DNA from: Balanoglossus misakiensis
Taxonomy: Eukaryota > Animalia > Hemichordata
DNA length: 64,000 nucleotides
Assembly: GCA_040954595.2 (NCBI GenBank)
Contig: CM082598.2
Location: forward strand, 6,959,097 to 7,023,096
Direction: 5' to 3'
Numbering within the stretch: position 1 is the stretch's first letter; every line of letters begins with the position of its first letter. A program made the translations under genes and the position numbers. Under the pieces are notes generated by a model. The model had not been told where the DNA came from and did no database searches. It saw nothing but the letters and a program-made list of their open reading frames with translations. Of this stretch, positions 25,888-38,584 are shown piece after piece.

Positions 25888-26586
25888 GGTGGCATTGCAT
25901 GAAAAATTGTGATTTTTGCCAAATTTTACTTTTTTACATAAATCGGTAGGTCTAATACTGATCCACATCCTGATTAATACGTCTTGGCGGAAATGGTGCA
26001 TAATCACCCAAACCAAAAATAGCATTTTTCTGAATGAGTCCACTGCTTAACAAATAGCTGTCAACAATGCAAATGGCCGTTTTTCTCAGTTTGCATTTTC
26101 GCTGCTCTTGACAACTTCAGAAGAATTTAGCTTCGCTCTGGGTTGGCCAAATTTTAACAGGGGATTGTGTATGACCTATCCAACAATGAGAAAAAAATTT
26201 TAGTCGATAAAGTGTCCCTAGCGGGAGTAAACTCTCATTCAATACAACTCACCGTGAATTTGATCAAATTTTCTAAAAATCTAACTTTCAAGCGCTGTTA
26301 CTCCTCAATGGAAGCAGATAACGCAAAACAAAATTACTGTTTTTTTGCACGTGTACTCTTGTTTCGAATGACATATTAAGATGCATGATGCATGGTCCTC
26401 TTTTTTACCTAAATTAAAATTAATGACATAATATCAAAAATAATAATAATAATAATATATGCAACTCAAACAAAATAGTTCAAAAACTCAGCTTCCAGAA
26501 TATATATGGTTTATGGGGGTTTTAACGTTGTCTTTGATGAGAAATAGGCCTCTGAAAAAGTCTCGACGGTTTCATGCAATGCCACC
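25888..26586. mobile_element. Kolobok-like element with TTAA TSD, nested in a Tc1-like MITE (~25858-26722)
   Basis: ttaa|ggtggcattgcatgaaa ... tttcatgcaatgccacc|ttaa; host ends cagtcaaacctgt ... acagatttgactg. Confidence 0.85.
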
Positions 26587-28380
26587 TTAAGGGACTTCCT
26601 AAACTGGCTTTTATAGACAGGGGGCTTCTATAGACGGTCAATTAATGTGCACTGTACATGTACATGAACTGAAACAAAGTTGCCACTATAATAGAGGTGG
26701 CCACAAACACAGATTTGACTGTCATATATGTTATGTTGCCATGGCAGTCATTTACTATTAGTTGATTATACTTTACCAAAACGTGAGGAAACAAATATTC
26801 AAGTTCCCTTTTCATATTCCCCAATCAATGGTATAAAACGCCAGTGTCATGGAATTTTTTGACACTTTTGCTAACTGCTAAAGCCCAAGTAACATTTGCT
26901 TTTTTTAGTATGTTTCACCCAAGGAAAAACCCCTAGTTTCATGTTTTGCTCTGGATAGCTTTATGAAATGTTCAGTCTTTAGCTTCTCAACAAAACTTGT
27001 ACATGAGTAATGGCCATTGTTAATATTATGGACAAATGAACTCAAAGACTAGAATTCATTTTTCAACAAAAACAATGCTGATCAATATATAAAACGCCTT
27101 TGTTTGAATACAAAACTCTGAGTAAATTCTTAATGTTTTAAAGAGCAGAATAAAGTGTTACAGCTGATATCCAAAATAAACGTTGGAGTTATTGACATTT
27201 TAATACTACTGTGTTTACTTATCAGCAGGTATGCAGTCATCGATGCGAACAGGAGTGCAGTCAACACAACCGAACAGTACATAATGTGAGCGACAGCAAG
27301 AATCCACCTGTCACCACTGGCACCAATGTTGTCCAAACTCTGACACAGCCACGAGTACATGTACAAAACCAGTCATTGGTATGTTATGTTATGAGCTGAG
27401 TTATAATACCCATCTATCCCTTTTGCCTAGCAAGTGACATTTTATCACTTTTCAGTATTTCAATGGAACTGCATTTGGATAATTTGTTACCTAACATGAC
27501 ATCAGAAGATGGTAGCTTGATGTCTTAACTGAGGACATTGGATGACCAGTAGATATTTTAGATTTTCTGTAATATCAATGACATCAGACGCAGTTCCGTT
27601 GGCATTCAAATTTCCAGCTTATGGGGAATTTCAGCAACGTGGTGCAAATGATGACTGTGCAGATGAATACCAAGATGCTGTTGAGGCACCATGCCTGATA
27701 CATTTAACCTGTCTGGTGGTTCTAAAGTTTAAACACATCTGGAAAAATAATTTACAGGATACCAAAATAATGTTTGCCCGTTACCTGGAAATGACAATGC
27801 TCGTGTGATTGATATTACAGAATTATTTACAGTTATGATTTGTATGTGTTATCACAGGCTAATACCAGTACTTCACTACCGATGGATCTGGACATACCAG
27901 TGCCCTCTACAGCTCAAGTGCATCAAGTTAGACTCGCCAGCAGCAAGTTGATCCACGACAACAACAACAACAAGAGAAAAGTGTTTTTTGGCGTGGAGCC
28001 TTGGAATGGCAAGAGGTGTGTACAGCTTACATACAAATAACTAATTAAAACAACTGATGTAGGTCAATGGGGTTATTGTGGTTGGATCATGTTGGATAGT
28101 GAGCATTTTTTGATAAACAAGCCTTTTAACTATTTGATTTTTAGGGAGCTTCCAAATGTATTTTTGGAGGGTACACATTACACAAATTATGAGCTCAGCA
28201 ATACAACGTGTGGTAGTACCCATCAATGAAGTACACAGATTGGTCTTTCATCCAGAGGCACACAGTGTACATGCAATGCAATAATTTCATTTTGTATGTG
28301 TTAACAAAGCAACCTTACGACAGGAGCAGATTTAGATAAAAATTTCATCTGGGAGATAAACTATATAAGTCCACTGTTAC

Positions 28381-29788
28381 CAGCCAGAACGCAACGCCTT
28401 CATTAACATATGCAAATGCGGAATCTGATTCGAAAAATGAGACTGTTGCACTGAGCCCCGAAAAGGGTGTCTGAATTGGGTCATTTTTTTCCCCAACTTT
28501 GGTCATCAACTGCTACTAATGGCGATCGTTCTGAGTATTTTTGTTGGATTTATTTGATAGTACATATATCGAACTATATCTCATAGAGTATTTTTGATGA
28601 TTAATGCAGTAGTTTCAGAGAAATAACGAAAAGTACAGAGTAATGAAAATTCACATTTCGGAAACATGCCTCGCTAAATTCTTGAACGGACTGTTACACC
28701 AACTTGTTGTATAAATCCAATGAAATATTTATAAAATATAGGCATTGGTCCTTCTTACTGTGAAGTTTGTAAAACTTTCCGGGGCATATTAACGAAGTTA
28801 TAACGGTTTTAATTTGTTTACTTTTTGCTGTGACGAGATCATTTTCAGTGGGAAATGGCGGGAGTTTACAGCGTAACCCATTGTCGAGCGTTCAGTGCAG
28901 AATGTGTGTATATTGTTTACGTCCCACATGTACATATAGTGTTGATAAATGCACATGTTGGAAATGAGTTCATTGTATATCGGCTATTAAGACTACCTTT
29001 TATTCTTGAAAATTATCGATGATCATCGAGATCTGCCTAAACTACGTTAGCACTGGCGGCTGCGTGTATGAATTGCAGGGTTGTGTGCTTACGGCGCGGC
29101 GTAACCCTGCGATGCCTCCACACCACAGCTTTTGGAAGAATAAAATACAGATTTCGTCGAATGTGGTGTTTCACAAAAAGAAAAACATTATTGAGCGACA
29201 ACACAAACGTTTGTAAAAAATCAGTCCGGTTCTTTCAACTCCACAATCGCGTTAAACAGAGACTGCAAACAGCGACTGGGATAATTGCGTATTTACTAGT
29301 GTTTACATCAGCGGCCGGGAAACCTCGGGTCACGTAGGTCATGTGACGACTTCTGGGTAAAATCACCCGTTTTTTAGCGAAAATTCTTGAACTGACCGTT
29401 ACACTTGTATCTTTACCAAATTTTTTTACACGGTCATTTAAAGTGTAGAAAAACCCACATAACCCTGAAATATGTAAACTTTCCGGTGCATATTATGGAT
29501 ACTGGAAGCGAAAAACTGGACCATATTTTCGACCGCTAAAGTAACCTTCGGAAAATCGCCATAATATCAATATTTCAGTAAATAATTCTAAAATCCATTT
29601 GGATAGCACGAAAGAAGACATGTCAGGAGAGGTTTTCGCTTTTACATGATTTAAAATAATGCACTCTAGCGAAAGTTACGGCAAGTTGAAAATGCCTCAA
29701 AAAACGGTCTGTGAGCGGCCATTCAAAATGTAACGGTCCTGATCTGGATAGGCGATAATATGCTAATGAGGGTGTTGCGTTCTGGCTG
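28381..29788. mobile_element. Non-autonomous DNA transposon (1408 bp) with 4-bp TSD (Sola-like?)
   Basis: ttac|cagccagaacgcaacgccttcattaacatat ... atatgctaatgagggtgttgcgttctggctg|ttac. Confidence 0.8.
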
Positions 29789-30417
29789 TTACTTGGGATT
29801 TGAAACTCAATGATAAATTTGTTAGTGACATGCTCATGTTAGATGACCTACCACACATTGTATTCATTAATTCATTGCATAAGTAGAGGTGAAATATATA
29901 ATTGTATGATTCAACCATCAAATCAGTTCTGGTAGTGTCTGAAGTTATTATCCACTTGGCAAAATCAAATCAAACAAAATACTAGTAACACAATGGAATA
30001 GACTTTGCCCACTTAGGGAATATATTTCTCGTCTATGTCACCATACATGTAGCTGTATGCTGTGAGTTATGTAGGTGTCAATTTTTTCCCCCACAGTAAT
30101 CACTTGGTGGCATGTTTCACAACTCACACACTGTGGAGTTCCAGTTTATGAATAACAGCCAGGAAGCATACAGATCTCTCTTCAGAATAATGTCTGGAGG
30201 ATTTGTAAGTATTGTCTTGTAATTGCACTGTAAAATTGAAGGATCATGTCAATTGTACTACCATGCAACTGCAACTGACACTTTACATATTAAAGGCCAT
30301 TTCTCAATCCCAGGGCAGAACAATGATGGCAAATAAGAAATCATTTGCGTTAGCACACAATAGTTGATTGGAAAGAAAAGTTTGGACTCACTGTTCAGCA
30401 AGGCCTTTAAAGGGTCA

Positions 30418-30660
30418 CTGTCTGCAATTTCTATTTTTTTAGCATTTTGTTCTGTATATCAACTGCACTTTCAAGTACAGTCAAACCTGTCTAACACCAA
30501 AGGGACTGAAGAAATTGTTCTGATTGTAGGTGTCCAATTGAAAGAGGTTCTTTCAACATGTGGTTCTATGTCAAAGGGTTTGAACAGATTAGACAGGGAT
30601 CGGTTGAGACAGGTTTTACTGTATTTTGATACATGCGCTGGCTTAACCCTTTCACCACCA
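30418..30660 (+). repeat. Direct repeat copy 1 (composite, contains a Tc1-like MITE); copy 2 at 33287-33553
   Basis: ctgtctgcaatt...tttagcattttg..caactgcactttcaagtacagtcaaacc...gatacatgc.ctggcttaaccctttcaccacca is present in both. Confidence 0.85.
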
Positions 30661-31890
30661 AAAATGTTTGAAATTGAATATTGTGCCAAAGAGTAGAGTT
30701 TGAAGTCCAAATATCTGAGCATTGAATAATTAGTCACGGTTTCCCTTAAGGTTTAGCCCACCACTGGTGAAAGGATGACTTGTGATATAGTGTTTTACAT
30801 TTGAATATAAATACATATATTATAAACATTTCATATTTTCAATCTAGAAGTGGGAGCTGCTTCCTCAAAATAGAATTGACTGTCAGAATGAAAGGCAAGC
30901 AATTCAGGCAATTTAACTCCAATACAACAACTTTTCAATTAAGTAATTGACATCAGACAACCACAAAGGCAATATTCAATTAATTTGTATAAATTCAGAT
31001 GCAGTTACCAGATTTGAAAATTAATGGTAGGCGTAGATTTTGTCAGCGTTTTCCGTCATGAGTTTTGTTTAGCATCTTTCAAAATGTCAAAATTGATGAG
31101 GAGACGTGGTTTTTAATTGTTCCAGGAAACTACCAACAAGCAAACATTTCTTTTTTTTCATGTTTTAGGTTAATAGTACTGTACAAGTTTCATATTTCTC
31201 AGATGAGTTGGGGATTTTCTGTCCCAAACAAGCTGCAGGCGAGTGTGGGACAAAATGTCCCTGACGAGTGTGAGAAATATGATCCCAGGTCCTTGGTGTG
31301 TGAGAATATATTTCTCACACGGTCTCAAATTAGCCAAATACGTCCTGAAACATTGAATAAATGACTCTTGAACTGTCATCTGGCACGTTGTAGTTTGTAT
31401 AAGGCGTCATTGGATAACAATTAACATTTAGCGCATGTTACTAAAGAACGCTTTGTCATCCAATCTGCGCTCGCGTCATATACAGCTTTCGATTCAGTGA
31501 GAATGTGGGATTGATTTGTTCTCACACTCTGATCCCACACTCTCAGCGTGCCAGGAGTGTGAGAATCTATTAAGATCTACGAGTTTGAAATCTTAGGTGA
31601 AGAGTTTATCAATTTCTTTGCCAACCCTGTAGGGCATTCTGGGATATGTGTTGATGCCAAAGCACAAACAGTTATGACCTGACAGCTCAGTTTGTACATC
31701 ATTTCTACAAATCCACAAAAAGACTCAAAGTTTAGAAAAGTCGTGTCTGTTAGAAATATTAGAAATATCACTGTTAATACTTAATTTCAAAGCCATGTGA
31801 ATTTGTTCACTTTAGGGAAATTTTTAAAGGAAGGGAGGATTGGTATTGACTTGAATAATTACAATGGATGTTTTTGTTCTCTATTTTCAG

Positions 31891-32010
31891 ATGTGAATGA
31901 GTGTTCAGATTCTGTTTGTGCTGGAGGTTGTCTCAATGCAGCGGGTGGATTCAGCTGTAGTTGTGGTGATGATGGTTTCTCTCTGAGTGCAGATCATGTC
32001 AATTGTTTAG
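31891..32010 (+). other. Orphan calcium-binding EGF exon, phase 1-1
   Basis: ttttcag|DVNECSDSVCAGGCLNAAGGFSCSCGDDGFSLSADHVNCL|gtaagt. Confidence 0.88.
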
Positions 32011-32422
32011 GTAAGTTTTTTTGAGTGGGGAAGGGATAGGCCAAGGGCGCTTACACAAGTTGTAAGTGACAAACATTACAGCGAGTCACCATGTAAAAAA
32101 TAATAATAAATACAAGTTATCAGGCACTTTCCAAAGTTACACATTTAAAAAAATTGAGTTTGTTGTCTCGTGTGTGATATTCTTGGCTTGCAGAACACTA
32201 CTTTGTTAAATGTAATGTGGTTACTACATTGTTTGTTCATCAGTATTCAGTACTGGTACAGATAATCATATGATATGACCAAGTTAAATGCCAGATGATA
32301 TTTATTAAGTTTCACACAATATTGCTCTCTTGTCGTATATTTTCAAATGTGCACTCAAAGACAACTGTAATTCAGATGTATTCATTCAAACACAATTTAT
32401 CATATTTGTGTTTTCCCCACAG

Positions 32423-32521
32423 ATGACAATGAGTGCGATCAAGGTGGTTGGTCACCAACCAGTTACCAGTGTGGTTGCAGACCAGGATTTAAGTTGCACA
32501 GAAATCAACAAATATGTGTTG
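32423..32521 (+). other. Second orphan EGF exon, phase 1-1, lacking Cys2 and Cys3
   Basis: ccccacag|DDNECDQGGWSPTSYQCGCRPGFKLHRNQQICV|gtgagt. Confidence 0.8.
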
Positions 32522-32666
32522 GTGAGTGTCTACAATTTGGAGAGAAAGTAAGATGTATGTGTTTGTACAATGTAAGTGTCTAATACATGGATATGTGACA
32601 CTGAAATCATACCTTGTACAGTCAGTCATTGGTAAATGTCTGTTATTCATGACACAAATTAACATA

Positions 32667-32852
32667 CAGTCAAACCTGTCTGAGTGGCCACCTCTATGAA
32701 ACAGCCACCTCTATATAGTGGCCACATTATTCTAGTCCCTGTGTAATTTACATCTGCTTTAATTGACTTTTCTACTAGGTATAATGGCCACCTGTCTATA
32801 AAGGCCAGTTTAGGAAAGTCCCTTCAATAGCCACAATAGACAGGTTTGACTG
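32667..32852. mobile_element. Tc1/mariner-like MITE
   Basis: ta|cagtcaaacctgtct ... agacaggtttgactg. Confidence 0.75.
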
Positions 32853-35800
32853 CACTTGTGTTGATTTCTGTCGGTTATACATGTAACAGAACACGTCATG
32901 AATCATGACATTATACGCTTTTTCATAAAGAGGGCACACTTCCAAAATAAGGTGTCATCTCCAAGCAGACAATGCGAAAAAGGAGGCCAGTAGGTTACAG
33001 AGTACTGCTTGAGCTCATCTAGTTTGTTGTTTACATGATACAAGTTGAGTGTAAAACTGACCTTACAATAAAATGTGGCTGTCGAAAGTCAGTCCCAACT
33101 ATAGTGTTAATACACAAGACAATCAAGTTTTTACACTGTGACCAACTGGCCTCGTGTTTGCGTCTTGGAAGGGTAACATGACTGCATAGCAATGTTTTAT
33201 TTCAATTTGATACATAGAGAAATGGACTACTGTGACAGTATTGACTCTGGGAACTATGTAAATGATTCCCAGCCTCAAAATTCTGACTGTCTGCAATTAT
33301 ATTTTTTAGCATTTTTGTTGTGTATATCAACTGCACTTTCAAGTACAGTCAAACCCATCTAACACCAAAGTGACTGAAGAAATTGTTCGGATTGCAGGTG
33401 TCCAATTTAAAGAGGTTCTTTCAACATGTGGTTCTTTGTCAAAGGGTTTGAACAATGTCTTTAGCATGGACAGGTTTCCAGATTAGACAGGGTTCGGTTA
33501 AGACAGGTTTTACTGTATTTTGATACATGCTCTGGCTTAACCCTTTCACCACCATGGTTCAGTCCAAACCCGTTGTTTTCTATGGTAATGTTGGACCTCT
33601 AAAAAGGGAAGTGGGATTCTTTGTGGGAATCTCTTTATTTCTTCTGTCACAAAAATTGCGTGAGAGTTCTAATTCTAAAAGGAGAACTGATTTGATAAAA
33701 GATCTTAAAGTCAAGTTTTGGATGTGGCTCCAGTTCAAGTATTGTATGTGATTAATTTTCCGGAGTTCAAGTCTGTATACTTAAAGTACACTCACGAACG
33801 GCTACAGCTGGATTGCAAAATATGCGAGCGAACGCACTAGCGCCGCGGAACGCGGAAGTGATGGAGCAATCTACACAAATTGCACGCGCGCACGCGACCG
33901 GCAGAGCGCGCGACAGACGATCGTACGACTCTGTTGCTAGCCAAGACAGACGCGCCCGTATACACTATGCAAAATTTATCAGAACTTGTGGATAGTCTCG
34001 CTGCTCGACATCGCGAACTCATAAAACTTGTGTGCTACAATGATGAACAGGACATTGACAAGGACAGTGTTGGAGATAAGAATGGACAGTAAACAAATAA
34101 AATAAGAACACTGGCTATACTGTTGACTTGAACAGTTGAATTTGATGGAAGAAAATTAACTTTAATCCATTTTCATGAATCAAAAGATTATGGGCTACCG
34201 GACCATTGTAGTTATGTTGGTTGTCATTTCAATATTCAAGTGTGTTAACTTATGCATTATGATGTGGAAAATACACCTGTATGTTATAATGGATGTAGTC
34301 ATTCAGTCTTTGCTTTTAAGCCGGCAGTGAGGGGGGGGGGGGGGGGGGTGGGGGGGGGGGGGTGGGTAGGTGTACATGGTCAACATGTTACCTGAGTTCC
34401 CCAGCCATTTACCTATGTTCCCCGACCTTAGCAAAAACACTGTAAACTAACAGTGAAATTCACTGAAGAAGTGAGCGAGCACTTGCCCATTCATTGTTCA
34501 ATGAAAGGTGACCACCAAAACAAAAGTATTGAGGAAATAACCCGATGTTGGAGTTACTGAGCTTTAAATTGATTTCAATAGTCTCACAAGTGAAAAGCTC
34601 GGATTGGCTGAGGCTCCTGTAGTCATGTTACCTGTAGGTAGATTGACACATGGCAATGTTTGACTGTTTACACTTTTCTTTGTTTGAACTTTCAGAGGAA
34701 TATTCAAGCACTGCAGAAGAATCTAGAGATGGCACAGAAAAATAGAAATTGAATTGAAACAACAGCAAGATCAACATGCAAGACAAAGTCAACTCATAGC
34801 ACAAAGACCACAACAACAAAAGCAATTACAAAGGTTACAACACCAGAGAGCCCAACAACAACAACAACAAGCAGTGCAAGCACAGCCATCCAATATACAA
34901 TTAACAAATCAACAACTAAGACACCACTTGCAAGTAAGTTGTCACAAAAATGTGAACAGTGAATATTTTGAAAACCAAGACTAATACCCGTGTCACTCCG
35001 GGGAATTGTTATGTGGGGAAAAATAAAATCATTTTTCTCAAAAAGGAGCTTTGCTTACTTCTATATTTCTTGCACGCAATGTAAGATGAACTTTGTTTTG
35101 TCTCTTCTTTTCACTCAATTTGCTGTCTTTTCCTAATCTAATTCTACTGATTGGCGGGAGCAATGACCCGGGCGTTGCTAATAGTTGGAAAATAATTAGC
35201 ATTAATTAGCAAGATATGTTCCATGGCAACAGCCAATCAGTAGTGTGTCGCGTACAGTGATTGACTTGAACGACGTCAGAGTCAAAACCATGGGGTGACC
35301 TTGTTGCCGTGACATTGCATTTTGTGTTCTATTGACATGCCGATCTAAAAATGGCATATAGTTGGCTCTGTGGCCAGGCCCTAGTGTGTGAGTCTATCCA
35401 AAACACACTGGGTATGGTGACCAGGCTAGATCTTCTGTGGATACCCAAAATGTTGTCAACAAGTTTTGATCCAAAACTGATCTATGTCCTACATAATCTA
35501 AACTTATAGATCTACTGGTTAGTGTAAAATTAGGCGTGTATATAATTAATTAGGTCAATGGGGGTCCTGAAACTTACCATAGAATTTTAGACAGAGCCTA
35601 AATCTATTTCCCATAGTTACTATATGCTGCCCTAAATTTCAGTCAGATTAACAAATGTGAACAATGTGAAAGAGAGCCGTCTCCTGATACATTGCCACCT
35701 TCTGTGAAGTGACTTTAACAAGAAAACCATTTTGTTTGCAATCAACAGCAACAGCAACAACAACAAGCTAGCGGTACACAAGCAACCATTCCACCACCAA

Positions 35801-38584
35801 AACAGCAACACAACAAGCATGGCAACAACAACAGCAACAGCAGCAGTTATCACAACAACAACAGCTGTTACTAGGACAACAGCCATGGCCGCGACCACAG
35901 GTACCTCAGATGGGCTTGGCACCCAGCATGCAACAAACACAGCAACAATCAAGTAGTAGTCTGCTGGCTGATGACAGAAGTCTTTTTGATATTCTGAATC
36001 AATACCATTATACTTCTATGTACTAACTGAAACCCAGATGCCCAAGGAAATGTCAGAAATTTCTCAAGGTATCCTGGAATTTTCAAATATTCCACACAGT
36101 CAAGTGTTGGGGATTTGTAATATTTATCATTCTCATCAGTATTTACTGTATACAGACACATCCATTCCAAAGCTATCACATAATTTTTAAAATTAATCGT
36201 TGTGAAACAGTTCCTAGTTTGATATTGCGAAAATTTCCTTCCGCGAAAATTTCCAGTTATACAGTATGCAGCTGTATTTTTTCCTGCCTGATACCCATTT
36301 GCTGGGAATTGTGATGTAACTAGCATCTCCCTTGAATGGTGATTGGGTATAACATTATAGTGATGGCAAGGCTAATTTGAATTCAAAATGGTACCCATCC
36401 TTAATCACACATATGTATCCTTTAACCAATCATTGGAAAAACAAAGTATGTGATTGACTTCAAGGGGACGCTAGACGTTTTTGGAGGCAAAGCAGACAAA
36501 ATACAGCTATATACTGAAGGGATGCTGATCCAGAGTTAATGTTTCATTGGGGAGTCTAACAGTGTTTTGAAATGTCAAATTGTAATTTGAAAGTTTGGGC
36601 ATGGGTAGTGACAATGTAATTACATTGTTGTGTACAAAATTTGAATGGAGCTCTATGAAAAGAGAAAAGTGATGTGCGGAAAAAATCAGTCTCTGTGCTA
36701 ATATCAAGTGCCTTCATTCGACTCTCAAGGAATGTTTGGTAAAACAATTAACTTTTTGTGTGTCAGCATTATTGGGAAAGATCAAGCCCACACATGTATT
36801 CAATTAAGATAAAACTGGAAAATTACCATCGGCCTATTTTCTTTGCACTCTCACCTTTCACCCAATTCCCTGTGTAGACATCCAACTTTCCAGCAGGAAA
36901 CAATGGATTTGGACCGAACCATTTGTTCACTTGAATATATATATAATATATGTATGTATGTAACACCTGTATTCTTTGCAGTCATTATTTAATCATTTAT
37001 TCATGTGAACACCTTTCTAGTAATGATAGAACTTACATTCTATTTGTTGATCTCAATTATATGCAAACCACCAGGATGTTTCATTTGACTAATGAACTCA
37101 AGCTAATGCGCCACCATAGTGTAGATTGCTGATATAAAAGGACCCCATGCATATATTTAGTCAGTTCATCTCTGTATCCAGACCGGCCACATGTATGAAC
37201 TGAAGATGTCTATGTTCAATTTCAGGTTAGTTTTCCTTGCACTTTACCTGTAGCTTGAAGCTTTTTATATTGGTGCATTCTACTGGCTCATTTCAGCACA
37301 AGTAATTGGTGTCTGAACTTGCGTCAAATCTTCAATTGTACTTCTGTATTTTTCACTTGCATGAATTTTGGTGTATTCTGCTGTAGGTGAACTCCCATAC
37401 ATGTGTGTAATTTATCAGTTCACCTGTGTAGCTAGACCGGCCACAAATATGAACTGATGATGTCCCTCTTCAATTTCAGTTAAGAAATGTTATAGGCCTA
37501 TGTCTTGTGAAACCTTTAAACCATTTTGGTGGGTTTTGTGGTGAACGGGGACACCCGTGACAAGTATGTTAGAATCAAACTATTAGATGCATGTGAAGAA
37601 ATATAGTCTGTTATAAGGAAGTGACTGGAGTGAAGGAGACCTCGTATGACGAAAAGTACTTTAATAGACTCGAAATGCACTCAAATTACAATCGAGATAT
37701 AATGCATTTGTATATGCTTAAAAAGGTAAATTAATGAATGGTGTCAACAAAATAAACGTTCATGATACGTTTAGAGCATTTTCTCGTCCAGCTAGGGGGT
37801 TCAACGTCAAAAGGAAAGTTCACTATTCAAATGCAAATAAAGTCATTAAAGAGTCCCCATCTCTTCTCTCCAGTGACCATAGTTGCCAAACGATTAAAAT
37901 CACGTTTTTAATATCAATATTCACATACATTGCTTTTTACTTTTCTTGAATTTCCTAACATTTTTTTATTTTAACAAAAACAAGAGCCTTTCATGACCAC
38001 TTATTGACTTTCGAAAATATTTCATGTAATCAGCCATTCATTTTATGTGTGTGTGAAGAATGACCCTCTGAGGCTGTTGAATCATGTATAGTGCTGAAGG
38101 GGAGGGGGGACACCATTCCTCAATTTCTTTCATTTTGCCTCAGATGCTAAGTTGGTATTTTCCACATATTGCTTTTTGTACTGAGAATTACTCAGTTCTT
38201 AAGAAGAGCTTCTGACTAACATTTAATTGTACTTACAAGACTGCCAGAGTATGTAAATATTATATGCAGCATTAGGAAGGAATATCTTTGATATTTTTAT
38301 TTCAACAATTTTCCTATCATGATAAATAAGTAGACAGATATATCATGTTAGGATTTTTGCATACTTCAAATAAATATTCTGATAAAATGAGTGCTTTTGT
38401 CTGTCTCTTTGATTTCAGGTGAGGATCAGTATTTGTTGTTGCTTTTCCAGCACAGATTCCAATCAGAAGGCAATTGTGATGACCAGTATGTTCTGTCTGA
38501 TTGAAGTTTGAGTTTTCTTAGGACCTGAATATCGCTCTAACAAGTGGTTTGCTTTCAGATGTGGAGTTAAACGCTGGTGATAGT

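Larger units (their letters stand above)
19260..36026 (+). pseudogene. MED25: Unprocessed MED25 (Mediator subunit 25)-like pseudogene. Exons: 19260-19384, 20081-20179, 21816-21936, 23424-23572, 24109-24303, 25001-25263, 25667-25850, 27229-27378, 27858-28015, 30097-30204, 34696-34933, ~35749-36026
   Basis: VWA peptides FGGSLYALVVYNTADCAP, LLSGAGEKYSMISEGLSTASQLF, KHCILICNSPP, RGVHSSIISPRKLP, KDYAADPHHMILLKG; ACID peptides FWRGALEWQE and NSHTVEFQF..LFRIMSGGF; Q-rich tail ending LLADDRSLFDIL. Frameshifts and stops: TGA 23493, TAA 24135, TAA 30097, plus shifts in four other exons. Confidence 0.88.

Noticed and set aside
34331-34367. Long poly-G tract as a functional G-quadruplex
   Set aside because: Similar G/C homopolymers are scattered through the window (1518, 17605, 21530, 41163) and nothing specific supports a function.
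35632-35956. Thr-rich and hydrophobic ORFs suggesting a mucin or membrane protein
   Set aside because: They are alternative frames of the CAA/CAG-rich MED25 Gln tail.
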